A DNA stretch of 60,331 nt, filler included, from Dugesia japonica (Eukaryota): NCBI GenBank assembly GCA_001938525.1. It is 5 parts of 5 records of this genome, joined end to end, with 100 filler letters (N's around TTAATTAATTAA, not from the genome) between each part and the next. Parts side by side here need not be neighbours in the genome. Positions count along the whole stretch, not along the records: positions 8,509 to 29,793 come from MQRL01515399.1; 4 more parts are not named here. One strand, 5' to 3'. Below, one piece after another: positions 12,980 to 24,779 of the stretch. Below the pieces are notes generated by a model, which made no database searches, was not told the origin of the DNA, and worked only from the letters and a program-made list of their open reading frames with translations. The translations under genes and the position numbers were made by a program. Numbering within the stretch: the stretch's first letter is position 1; each line of letters begins with the position of its first letter.

Positions 12980-14330
12980 AAAATACCTGGTAAAAATTAA
13001 TAGTCATTACATTAAACTTTAATCCATCTCACTTAAATTAAAAGTCTACACATAAAATTTAAACATAACAATACTAAGCCAACACGTTAAAATTACAATT
13101 CATTACACAAAGTTGTAACACATCACACAAAAATTTCATTCCATCACAGTAAATTTAACACTTGAAAATATATTAGGCCAACACTAAGATAACATAGAAA
13201 CCATTAAAAATTATCATAAATTACATAGAAGTCAATAAAACCTTTCAAACACAACATACTTCTATTAGATAGTTTCAAAGATTACATAGAAGATTATAAA
13301 ATTTCTAAGACAACACATAAAAATTCTCACCAACAAAAATTTAATTTATAATCTATCGTACAATAATATAGTTTATCACATTGAAATATATAAGTCAACG
13401 CTTTAAATTACAATCCATCACATAAACATCTAAGCCAACACAATAATTACATTTCATCACACAAAAGTTACATTCCATCACATAAAAATGTAACACAATA
13501 GAGAATAATTTCAATCTAAAATTCTAAAGCATCCCATAAAACTTAATACTCGACACATATCAAATACATAGAAGTCATTATAAATATTTATAAATTACAT
13601 AGAAGACATTAAAAACTCCAAGAAATTTACATAATAAGTCAATAAAGTTAATTAAAGCCTTCAAAAATTATTTAAAAGTTAATAAAAGTATTATTCGTCA
13701 CACTAAAAATACATTCCATTTCTTAAAAATTACAATCTATCACACAAAAATTAACACTCAGCGTGCAAATCTTTAAGCCACCACATAAAATTACATTTCA
13801 TCACACAAAAGTCTTAAACAACAAATAAAATTATAAACCATCATATTAAAATTATCATTCATCATACAAAAATTACATTCCATCACAAAAAATTGTAACA
13901 AATTACATTAAAATTATAGTCAATCACACTACAAAAATATTCCATCACACAAGAATGGATTTCATTACAGTAAAAAAATATTATGACAAAGAAATTACAT
14001 ACCAACACACTTAAATTGTATTTCATCACATTACATTACAAATATTTCTAAGACAACATGTAAAATACAGGATTTATTATTGAAATTAAGCACTTCAGCA
14101 TGGGAAATAATCATTTTTTCCTGGAAAATTATAGTTTCAACACCAAAATAGACACTTCAACATAGAACATACTGGTCTCATTATGATAAATACACGAATC
14201 ATTATAGAAAATAATAAATTCACCATACAAATTAGAGACAACAACATAAAAAATATATGACACATCATTAAAATTACAACTTTCATCATAGAAAATAAAT
14301 AAACAAAACCTAAAATATACATAACAAACA
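12980..14330. repeat. Degenerate AC-rich minisatellite (~21-22 bp unit)
   Basis: Recurrent aaaattacattccatcacaca units. Confidence 0.65.
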
Positions 14331-15853
14331 AGTTTCGGAACTTTAAAATTTGTAATTGTAATTTAATTTGATTTCTTAGAAATTGTAATTTAAAGTTTAT
14401 AAGCTTAAAATTCAGAAATTTATAATTAATAAATTAATTTTTGTTTAGTTATGATAAATTAAAAATATGGCTAAAAATTAATTATTTATTAAATTATAAT
14501 TTATTTTCCCATATTAAATAAAATATGGTTTCATATAAAACAACGTTTGCATCGATTTTATATAAGCAACATGCTATTTCCATTCTATCTCTCAAAATCA
14601 ATTTACAAGTAAGATTATATTTAATTAATTAAATATTCCATTTTATTTTAGATTATTTATTAAAGGAAATAGATTTTATTGAATGGAATTAATGGAAATT
14701 ATTATGAATGTTTGGGAAAATGAAAACTTATNNNNNNNNNNNNNNNNNNNNNNNNNNNNNNNNNNNNNNNNNNNNNNNNNNNNNNNNNNNNNNNNNNNNN
14801 NNNNNNNNNNNNNNNNNNNNNNNNNNNNNNNNNNNNNNNNNNNNNNNNNNNNNNNNNNNNNNNNNNNNNNNNNNNNNNNNNNNNNNNNNNNNNNNNNNNN
14901 NNNNNNNNNNNNNNNNNNNNNNNNNNNNNNNNNNNNNNNNNNNNNNNTTTATTGAATTGATAGCAGTTAACTTTGAATTCTTGACCATTTTGCGGATATA
15001 TGTCTAGCCAAATATAGGCGTTGATGACTAGCTGATTTTATCCTTAAAACGTTAGACATTGGTAGAGGTGTACATTTTAGATCAGATGTGAACAGTCGAA
15101 AGCCGTGCTGCTGGAGATCTACATACTGTAATCGAGCTTAGGTTAGTTAGAACTACGCAAGCTAATAGATATGTTCAATTCACCTGGATGCTAACGGATC
15201 TTGATGGATGTCGGAGGTATTGTAATGGTAGTAATGTGTAAATTATGCTTTCCTTTCAAGGTTCTTCTCTTTCCATTTAGGAACATGTTTAATAAATAGA
15301 AAAAATAATAATATAAAATTTTGTATTATGAAAATGATTGCTAAAGCATAAAGTGGAAAGTGTCATTTACACATTACATGAATTAACCTCTGTTTTTATT
15401 AATTTAAAATAAAAAACAAACAATAATAAAATATAAATAGATTTTTATTATTTTAAAAAGTTTGAAAATATTTTACTTATAATAGTAAGTAGTAAAAAGT
15501 TGAATTTTTTATTTTTAAAAATAAGAGGCGTATAAAATATTTTAGTTTTTTTAATTACTTAATTTTGATAAAATTAATTATTCTTTTTAATAAAATTTTT
15601 ATAAATTAGAAATAAGAAAAGGATAAACTATATAGTCATGCATAAAATTATAAAAAGAATTCATTTAAAATAAATTTATGTTAGTAACATTTTTTGTATT
15701 TTTTAATAAAAATGTAGCATTTATAGAAAGAATGTTTATAATTATTAATAAAGTATATTGAAAAAGAGGTGCCTATGGATATATACTTTCTCAAAACTAT
15801 CTTCTGTATAACTTGCAAAACACTTTCGGAAATTCATTTGAATTTCACTTTCG

Positions 15854-16019
15854 GCAAGTTAAATTAATACAGGAGTTTATGATTCTGATTTGCGTGTTTA
15901 CTGTTTCACAAATGACTTGCATATAAATTAGATGATTAACGATGCGTGAGATGGTGAGGAACCGGTTCTTAAAAATAATAAATAAATCACGATCATATTC
16001 ATTTGAGTTTTGTTATTTT
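15854..16019 (+). repeat. Left TIR of the mini element
   Basis: gcaagttaaattaatacaggagtttatgattctgatttgcg...gaggaaccggttctt...gagttttgttatttt; reverse complement of 21254-21417 with scattered mismatches. Confidence 0.95.
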
Positions 16020-16020
16020 A

Positions 16021-16083
16021 GTAACAGTAACCGTACAGTACAGTGACGGTATTATAGTACAGTATGGTATTACAGTACAGTAG
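16021..16083 (+). repeat. Subterminal (CAGTA)-like 5-bp tandem array
   Basis: gtaacagtaaccgtacagtacagtgacggtattatagtacagtatggtattacagtacagtag. Confidence 0.7.
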
Positions 16084-16102
16084 CAAATATATTAATATAA
16101 AA

Positions 16103-16455
16103 ATGGTTTCTAATAATACGAGTTGAATAAATCTTAAAAATTCACTTTATAAATTGCTAAATAGTTAAAATTTTATTGAAAATTCGGTTTTAGCTATTTC
16201 TAAACAAAATAATGTAAATGAGAAAACAGTAAGAAAATTTTTAAGAGAATTTAATATTCCTTATAATAGGATAACCAAAATCAAAACTTTAAGAGATGAA
16301 TCTTTATAAAAACGGTTTGAAAATAAAAATCAACAAACACAAGTGAAAAGTGAAATTCAAAACTGAAATCCTAAAACTGAGCTAGAGATTATAACAAAAT
16401 GAGTGATGTAAATTTTTTAAAACATGTTGAAAATACTATTAGAAAAAAACTATAA
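16103..16455 (+). pseudogene. HTH-like protein, homolog of 38748-39140
   Basis: ENSVLAISKQNNVNEKTVRKFLREFNIPYNR versus ENSVKDFCKIHSLNEKTVRAYLNRFNIPYNK; in-frame stops. Confidence 0.75.
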
Positions 16456-16486
16456 AGTTTAATGTATTAAATTATAAATATATAAA

Positions 16487-17160
16487 ATGGTGAGATACTC
16501 AAAAAACAAGTGCTCGTGAAAACTCGAGACTTTTGGGAGCACAAAAAGTTTTGGGTATAAACAGTTTATATAATAGTATAAATAATTTTGCTAAACTTGA
16601 AAATTATAGTATCAAAGAAATTGAAAATTTTTCTAACTGTGAAATTACAAATAAAACTGCAAAAAAATATTTAACTGCTTTTAAATGTATACTCAAATTG
16701 AAAATTTTAATGATAGTGAAAAGTTTAAAACATTATTAAGTATTATGATTTCTAAATTTGTGAATCAGGATGTAAAGGGAAATTATTAAATAATTTATCA
16801 AAAGAAGATTTAAGAAAGGTGGAAATAATAAAACAATTAGAAATTAATTATCAAAAAGAAAGAGATGAATGTAATAAATTAAGAGAGCAATTAAATCTTG
16901 AACAAAAACCAAAATTTATAGAACATCCTGGTATAAAACTTTCATTGATAAAATATGAAGATGATGATGATTTAATTATTTCTAATATGGATAGTATAAA
17001 TATAGCAAAAAAGATGAAAGAAAATACTGATAAATTAAGTGAAAGATTAACCAGAGTAAAAGTTCTAGAAGATTATGAAGATGATATAAAAAGAGTATAT
17101 GTAGGGAAAAGTGATTTGTCGAATTATAAAGTTAAAACTTCTAATCCAAAACAATATTAA
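16487..17160 (+). pseudogene. Coiled-coil accessory protein (frameshifted; includes ORFs 16533 and 16819)
   Basis: YQKERDECNKLREQL..KLSLIKYEDDDDLIISN; homologs at 7756-7989 and more weakly ~39105-39441. Confidence 0.65.
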
Positions 17161-17216
17161 AAACAACAACCTTCAGGTAGTTTTTTTACTCACAACCTAA
17201 ACTTGTTCTCTATAAA

Positions 17217-17633
17217 ATGAGTATCACAAATGAAATGAGTGCTTCAACAGTAATTGTTAAATGTTCTGTTTGTAACAAGACTTTTAAAAATAACGCAGGG
17301 TTGTCGTCACATATCCAATCTAAACATGTGCAAGATCATCACACATGTTTTATGAATGAAAAATGTCACAAAAAATTAGCAAGTGAAAAAGGCTTGCGAT
17401 TGCATAAAAACTCCACAAATTGTGGTAGTAGCGGCATGTCTTGGATTGGATGCAATATTTGCAATTTAAAATTTACTAGACAAAATCATGCAAGATCACA
17501 TTTCAATAGTGAAATACACAAAACACAAGTTTTGAAAGGAAATGAAGAAGCTAAAAAATTATTTGATGAATTACCTGATGAAGAGGTAATTGATTTTAAA
17601 ATTAATGAAACAAGAAAATTACTTAATCATTAA
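17217..17633 (+). CDS. Triple C2H2-type zinc-finger protein
   Basis: CSVCNKTFKNNAGLSSHIQSKH; CHKKLASEKGLRLH; CNICNLKFTRQNHARSHFNSEIH; ORF intact. Confidence 0.85.
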   Translation: MSITNEMSASTVIVKCSVCNKTFKNNAGLSSHIQSKHVQDHHTCFMNEKCHKKLASEKGLRLHKNSTNCGSSGMSWIGCNICNLKFTRQNHARSHFNSEIHKTQVLKGNEEAKKLFDELPDEEVIDFKINETRKLLNH

Positions 17634-18532
17634 AAAATATCAAATTTTTTAAAATCGAATATTTTAAAGAAAGTAAAATAGAATTAACTAGAAATGATCA
17701 AAGATTAAATTTTAAATTAATTGCTCGGTTTAAAAAAGAAATTTATAGAACATTCTGTTTTGTTAATCAATTTTCAAAACGATGATAAACCAATTGTAAT
17801 TCAAATTGATTTATAGTTGTAGAATAAATTATCAAAGTGTCATAATCTAAAAACTCTGGAGTTAATAACATTTTCATTAACAAAACATTTTTACCCGATC
17901 ATGTAGAACCGATTATTAATAATTTAAAATTAGATGAAAGATTTTGTTATTAAAGATATTTTTTATTTTTATTCCAGATTAGCAAAGTTATTTTTATTTA
18001 ATAAAAATTAATGTTTATTATTTTCATAATCAGAAGTTATTTTATCATCTAAGAATTCTTTTATTTCTTTTTGATCTGTATGACAATTCATACGTTTATC
18101 ATTTATTTTATTTGTAAATAGATTTAATGTACTTATACTATACTTATACAATATATGTATTGATATTTTTAAAATTAAAATTCTTTAAATAATTTATTAA
18201 TATTTCATTTCCTTTATCTATTTCTTCTGGAGGTTTGATTAAACGAGTATTTAAAGTTATCTACTTTCAAAAATGTTCTGATGAATTTCTAAAGTTTTAT
18301 CATTTATCTATTGCTTGTTTTTTCTTTTTTTAATTCATGTGTTTTTCTTTTTTTTAAATCTTGTTTATCAGTTTTAATTAATAACTCACTTTTCAAGGAT
18401 TCTTTAAATTCTTGTTTTAATTCTTGTTTATCAGTTTTAGTTAACTCTTCTTTAATCATTTTAACAAGTTCTTTTCTAAAGTGCCTTTTAAAATAAATTG
18501 AAAATAATTATTAACCATTATTAATTTAAAAT

Positions 18533-19386
18533 TTAAAAAACAGTCTTCTGAAGTTCATTACTATTAAATCTACGTAAGATCTTTTCATTTTCTAAACCAG
18601 TAATTTCATAAGTTAAAGGTTTTGTTTTATATACTTGTGTTACTACAAATATTTCATTTGTCCATTTAGCAGTAAAATCTTTATCAAATTTACATTTGTA
18701 TTTAAAGATTCTAACTCTATCTCTAATTTTAAACTTTTGTTTTTCTTTAATAAAATGGGCCCCTCTGGGATCATTTTTATGATGATGACCTTCGATTATT
18801 TCTTTTATTTTTTCTGGATTATCACTAGCATCTTGTGGAGGAGTTTTTATACTAGATTGAATTGCTTTATTATAATCATTTACAACCTTTTGTAATAAAT
18901 TATTATTCCATTTTTGATTTCCAACTAGAGTAAAATATTTCCACATTTTAGTTTTTAAAGTTATAATAAATCTTTCAGTAAAAACTGATTTACCTTCATT
19001 TTTAGTATGATACAAATTTAAATCATTTTCTTTAAGAAATTTATCAAATACTTTGATCTAATTGCTGATTCTTCATCAAAGCAAATATAATTTGGAATTC
19101 TATTATTTTCTTCAAATATATTTTCATAAGCTTCTTTTGATGATTATTGATTATCATTAACCATTGGAACACAAAAACCAAATCTAGAATATAAATCAAT
19201 ACAAACTAAAATGTAACGAAATCCATCACTTGATTTTTTAACCATATCAATAATATCAAAACCCTAAGTATTATNTTTTTCTTTTATTATTACTTTTAGG
19301 AAATGTTTTGGTTTTCAATAATCTTTATGAAGTTCGCTTGATGATGTTTCTTTATTTTCAAAATTAATTTCTTTATTTTCATTTTT
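18533..19386 (-). pseudogene. Polinton-type rve (DDE) integrase, no chromodomain
   Basis: ELHKD..KPKHFLKV..DIIDM..FRYILVCIDLYSRFGF..PNYICFDEE..GKSVFTERF..TLK..FKIRDRVRI..WTNEIFVV..ELQK. Confidence 0.92.
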
Positions 19387-19917
19387 TTAAATATTTGAAT
19401 CTTTATTTGACGGGAAAGTCTTTGCTGTGCTCAGACTTACACCAGCACCCAAAATAATTTTACCTTTGATTGATAATTTTACCAGGGTCCGTTGTATTGT
19501 TTCATAAGTAGTTGGATTTTCAAGTTTATTTAAATCATGAATTAAATTTACATCAGCTAAATGCGTATCTCTTAAATCTTTTGTCTTGTAAGATAAATCA
19601 TGTTTCAAAGCAGCTTCATCAACTCTATTAATTGGTTCTTCTCCAGGTTTTGGATTATTATTTTAATCTAATCTTAAATCTAATATTGTTCCTGGTCCAG
19701 TATAATTATGTTTAAGCAAATGTCTTTCATCTGAATATTTTCCACAAGTAAATGGTTCTAAATTCGTAGAAGTTAATTTACTAGATTAAAGATCACTTCC
19801 ACTATTGGTTTCAATATTCTTTAAACAAATTTGTAAATGACTAGCTTTATTTTTTCTCAGTTATATTTTGTTACAATTATCAAAAATACATATTTTACTA
19901 TGAAAGTTTGCATCCAT
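19387..19917 (-). pseudogene. Parvovirus VP1u-like phospholipase A2 domain with an N-terminal Cys/His motif, in frame with the integrase
   Basis: HNYTGPGT.LDLRLD..PINRVDEAALKHDLSY......HLAD (Ca-loop YxGPG and catalytic HD..Y). Confidence 0.9.
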
Positions 19918-19932
19918 TTTAGAATTAAAATT

Positions 19933-21224
19933 TTAAACAAAATCCAAACCTCGTTTATTTTCAATCATAACAATTTTACTATTTGATAATTTCATTTCAA
20001 TATGTTTTCTTCCAAAATACACCAATATAAATTTCCTTTAAAATCGCCATCTTTTTATGCAAAGTTACATCTACATTATTAATATTTAATTTATCATCTT
20101 GAGAACTAACATTAAAACAAAAGATTGGATACTAATCACCAAACTCTTGAAGAGATAATTGTGGTTCGCAAAAGAAATCTTTACAACAATTTAAATAATT
20201 TAAATAAGAGAAAATCATTTCATTATTATCAATATTAAATTAAATTCATTTATAGGATAATATGTATTGCTTAATTGAAGTTGAATACTTTTTATACAAT
20301 ATTTTGTTGTATCTTTTTCTTGTTTTTCATTTTCTATAGTTTTACTATTTTGTTGAATAAATAAATTATTATTCTTTTGATATGAAATTTCTGAATCTTT
20401 TACATCTATAAATATATATTTTGGTTTATAGGCTAAATTTTACTGAATAATTTCATGAATCTAAAGCTATTTTTGAAACAATTCTCTTTAAAAATGAAAC
20501 TTGAATAGATTTATTTGTATTAATTCTTTCCAACAGATTCACTTCCATTTTTGGAACTAATCTGCATTCTGGAATATGTAATTCAAGAGTTATTAATTTT
20601 AAAGTAGCAGTTGTACCTGTATCACCATAAAATAATAATCTGTCTATTGCAAGTAAATTCAATCATTGTATTATATAATGGTCTATTGCAACATTGTAAA
20701 AATAAAAATTAAATTTTAAAAGAAAATAACTTTCAAATTTCCTTTTTGAATTATACAATTTCTTCTGTAAAAACCCATATATCTCATCCATAAACATCAA
20801 CATCACCTTTATTTATATCAGAAATATAACCTGATAATTCACCATATTCTTTTTTACTTGCATTACTAGTTGTAATACAATTCAACATTGTTGATGATAT
20901 TTCAGGGTCATTAATTATTTCCACATCTGAAGATCCTAAAGTTAATCTCATCGATTTAAATAAACTTGGAAACCAATTATTTTCCAAAGGTATTTTATCT
21001 TTGTGAACATAGGCAGCTCCAAATTAAAATGTTACATTAAATTATAATATTGAATTACAAATGTCTAATGGATTGGTTGATTGTAAAGATTGATAAACAA
21101 TATTTCCAAAAGACATTAAATTATTAATTGATCCACATAAAGGTAAAATTCTTAAAAAATCATTTTTAAGAAGAAAGTGATGAAAATTAATATTATTATC
21201 AATATTTAATTTTATTGTATCCAT
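19933..21224 (-). pseudogene. Double jelly-roll major capsid protein (hexon-like), ~430 codons
   Basis: LENNWFPSLFKSMRLTLGSSDVE, LITLELHIP, KPKYIF, IQLQLSNTYYP, YPIFCFNVSSQDDKL; pieces at ORFs 21042, 20784 and 20453; homolog of 37406-38741. Confidence 0.85.
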
Positions 21225-21253
21225 TTTATTTACTGATAAAATAAAAAAATAAC

Positions 21254-21417
21254 AAAATAACAAAACTCCAATGAATGTGATTGTGGTTTATTTATTATTT
21301 TCAAGAACCGGTTCCTCACCATCTCATGCATCGTTAATCATCTAATTTTTACGCAAGTCATTTGTGACAGTAAACCCGCAAATCAGAATCATAAACTCCT
21401 GTATTCATTTAACTTGC
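21254..21417 (-). repeat. Right TIR of the mini element
   Basis: aaaataacaaaactccaatg...aagaaccggttcctcaccatctc...cagaatcataaactcctgtattcatttaacttgc. Confidence 0.95.
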
Positions 21418-22024
21418 TTCCCGTCATCTCAGCACCAGAGTTCAAGAGCATAGTCGAAATAGTGGTAATAGTAATATTGTTGAGCATCGATGAAAATGTA
21501 CAAAATCAATAGGATATTCTTATTTTAAAATTCTGTGCAGTNNNNNNNNNNNNNNNNNNNNNNNNNNNNNNNNNNNNNNNNNNNNNNNNNNNNNNNNNNN
21601 NNNNNNNNNNNNNNNNNNNNNNNNNNNNNNNNNNNNNNNNNNNNNNNNNNNNNNNNNNNNNNNNNNNNNNNNNNNNNNNNNNNNNNNNNNNNNNNNNNNN
21701 NNNNNNNNNNNNNNAAAAAAAAAGAATTTTATTTGTTATAGTTGCATTAGTGTTACATTTTCTTGGTTTTAGTTGAATTTGTGTTGCATTTTCCTTGTTA
21801 AAGTTGTATTCTTGTTGTGTTTTCTTTGTTATAGTTAAATTTTTGTTTTTTTTTGTTTTAATAAATGATTGATTTTTGTAGGAATAGACAAAATTTCTTT
21901 TACTTTGTTATCTTATTTAAAATTTTTTTTTTGAAATTTTTTTTTAATAATTTTTTTAATAACGCTAATATTTCCTGGACAATATTAATTTTAATACCCT
22001 CTGGGTAATATTAATATTAATATT

Positions 22025-22881
22025 AATAATTCCTTCCCCATTAAAAAGGCATTCAAAAAGTTAATTATTGTGATTATGTAATCGATTTGTTACCAATATA
22101 CAAAAATTTTGCTGATTTTCGTTCGTATTGTCTACAATTCTCATCGCAGTCCGAAATTTGATATCAGTATACGCACAATACGAAGTCGTGAAATGTTATA
22201 CATTTAAAATTTTTGTCGGGTGTACCCTTAAAAAGTTATTAAAGATTTAAATTAAAGAACACCACAATTTTTTGTGCATTTTAAAAGATATCGACTTGAA
22301 ATTTTTACTAATCTTCCTAAAATTAAAAACTACATATACATTACCTTAAGTATTTGTGTCGAAAAATGCTTTACTTCACCGCAAAGAGTATGTCAGCATA
22401 ACCGCACCATCCGGGAGGGTGAATACCGATCTGCATGAAAATTTATAGTTAGATGTAAAATTTAAAAGTGAGATAGGATTGTTTCATGGGTTTGTATCCT
22501 AAAATGCTTCCTACCAGTCCAAAAATGAGAACAAAGGAATTTGGTTTTTTAAAGATAGAGGCAAGTTAAAAAACATGATATCGCACTTTATATCGTTGGA
22601 CGCGCAATTACACGGCGAACCAATTAGTGATGAATAAAGTTCTAGTAACGTAATCATAAAAAGTTAATAACTTTTTAAGAGTACACCCGATAAAATTTTT
22701 AAATACATAAGATTGCGCGGCTTTGTATTGCGCGTATATTGATATCAAATTGGTGACTGCAATAAGAATTGTAGACAATACGAGCGAAAAACTGCAAATT
22801 GTTTGTAAATTGTTTACGTAATCAATCACGTAATCAAAATAATAAATTTTTTGAAAGCTTTTTAATGGAGAAGGAATTATT
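22025..22881. mobile_element. MITE-like element with ~220-bp TIRs
   Basis: aataattccttccccattaaaaagg...tcgggtgtacccttaaaaagttatt versus aataactttttaagagtacacccga...ctttttaatggagaaggaattatt. Confidence 0.8.
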
Positions 22882-23111
22882 TTACGATCCAAGTTAATTA
22901 CACATTCCTATGTTAATTTCTAATTCTTTATCATATGGAGCTACTCGAGACTTTGTCTTATCAAGACCAATCATAATTAAATATTCTGAGCCCCGTTGAC
23001 CTTGAAAATTCAACCTTGAAATGACCCAGTCAATTAGAATCGATTATAATGAGCCACTTTGACATTGACGGCGGGGGGGGGTTGACCCAGTTAGCCAGGA
23101 TCTATCTACTA

Positions 23112-23565
23112 TTATGAACCGTTGTTTAAATCTATATCTTAATTGTAAATTAGATTTTAATAATACAAATTATTAGTTTAAATAACAAAATAAATTACCT
23201 GTAAATGTACTTCTTTTCATAATAATTAAGTTAAATCACTGAGTTCAATTATAATCATTATATTAAGAAAACATTATTAAGTTAAAATTTGATAATATTA
23301 TGTAAAATTTAAATAATTACAATAAAAATTACAATAATAGTTAACTTAACAATGTAAATTAAATCAATGCAATAAAATTGCAATGAAACTAACTTATTAA
23401 TACACTAAATTATTGATAATATTATGTAACGTTTAAATCATTACAATAAAAATTATAATGATAGTTAACTTAACAATGTAAATTAAATCAATACAATAAA
23501 AAACGCAATTAAATTAACTTATTATTACACTAAAGTATTGATAATATTATGTAAAGTTTAAATCA
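23112..23565. repeat. AT-rich repeat with ~120-bp tandem units; inverted copy at ~26510-26730
   Basis: ttgataatattatgtaa...atagttaacttaacaatgtaaatt repeated; reverse complement at 26510-26730. Confidence 0.7.
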
Positions 23566-24779
23566 TAGTTGAATTAGTGTTGCATTTTCCTGTTTAAATT
23601 TGCTATCTTGTTTTCTTTTCTTTGTTATAGTTGAATTCATGTTGCATTTGCTTTATTATACTTGCATTAGTGTTGCATTTTCCTTGTTATAGTTGAATTT
23701 TTGTTACATTTTTCTTGTTATAGTTGCTTTGTTATAGGGTTTTGATAGATAGTTCTTTTATAATAAACCCTATCTCATAAAAACTCTGCAGAAACACTGT
23801 AAATTCCTACAAATTCTAGTAAATCTAATGTAACCCTTTAAAACTATGCATACTCCCTATAGAAACCACTATTCATCCTATAGAAAATTCCCTTATAAAC
23901 CATATGAAAAGATTAACAAACCAGATCAATCTCATAAATCTTTATATAAACCCTATGGAGACCCTATAGTAACCCTATAACATCTTATAAACTCTCTAGA
24001 GAAACACTATGAATACAATAAAAAACCATATATTAGCTTACAAAACCCTATAAGATCTCATAAAATATCTAAAGAAACCCTATATACACCTTACAAAACT
24101 TTTGAAAAAAATATCTATTAAACAAATACATAATAAAACAAAACAATACTCTATTAAACAATATAAAATGATACAAAAATTTAAAATCAAAAAACACCTG
24201 GTAAAACGTAAATATTTATCAAAGAACATTAATATTAATATTAGCCAGAAGGTATTAAAATTAATATTGTCCAGGAAATATCAGGGTCATTAAAAAATTT
24301 ATTAAAAAAAAATTTTTAAAAAAAAAGTTTCTATTCCTACAAAAATCAATCATTTATTAAAACAAAAAAAACAAAAATGTAACTATAACAAAGAAAATGC
24401 AACTTGAATTCAACTATAACAAAGAAAACACAACACGAATACAACTTTATAAAGGAAAATGCAGCACAAATTCAACTAAAACCAAGAAAATTTAACACTA
24501 ATGCAACCATAACAAATAAACTTCAACACTAATGTAACTATAACAAAATAAATGCAACTTGAATTCAACTATAACAAAGAACATGAGTCATATTTGTGCA
24601 ACATGAATGCAGTGGAAACTTTAAAAAAGCACGATAAATCAAAGTTTTTATTAGGTTTCTTTATAATCTTTTGGAATTTTATAAGTTATCTATATAGTAT
24701 TATAGGGTTTTATATGTTCTTCTAGAGTTTTATAAAGTTTTTTATGTTTATAAAGTTCATAAAATTGTTAGGGCTTTAC

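Larger units (their letters stand above)
15854..21417. mobile_element. 5.56-kb TIR-bounded mini Polinton/adintovirus-like element (hexon + PLA2-integrase + regulatory module; no pPolB, ATPase, penton or protease)
   Basis: ~165-bp TIRs and two convergent gene blocks, listed below. Confidence 0.9.
21720..24580. repeat. Large foldback: arms ~21720-22025 and ~24226-24580 with internal short tandem units
   Basis: atatttcctggacaatattaattttaatacc versus ggtattaaaattaatattgtccaggaaatat; aaatgattgatttttgtaggaataga versus tctattcctacaaaaatcaatcattt. Confidence 0.8.

Noticed and set aside
14683-15007. ORFs made mostly of X (also 21535, 25311, 26927, 54025, 54081, 54586)
   Set aside because: Artefacts of reading through N gaps.
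16533-16739. Tyrosine-recombinase core-binding-like motif (TNKTAKKYLTAFK)
   Set aside because: Too short, with no catalytic R-H-R-Y motifs downstream; cannot be supported without a profile search.
19387-19810. Endogenous parvovirus/densovirus suggested by the VP1u PLA2 motif
   Set aside because: No NS1/Rep or parvoviral capsid; the neighbours are a double jelly-roll capsid and an rve integrase.
15847-21424. Target-site duplication for the mini element
   Set aside because: The flanks (ctttcg | ttcccg, and neighbouring registers) do not match convincingly, so no TSD is claimed.
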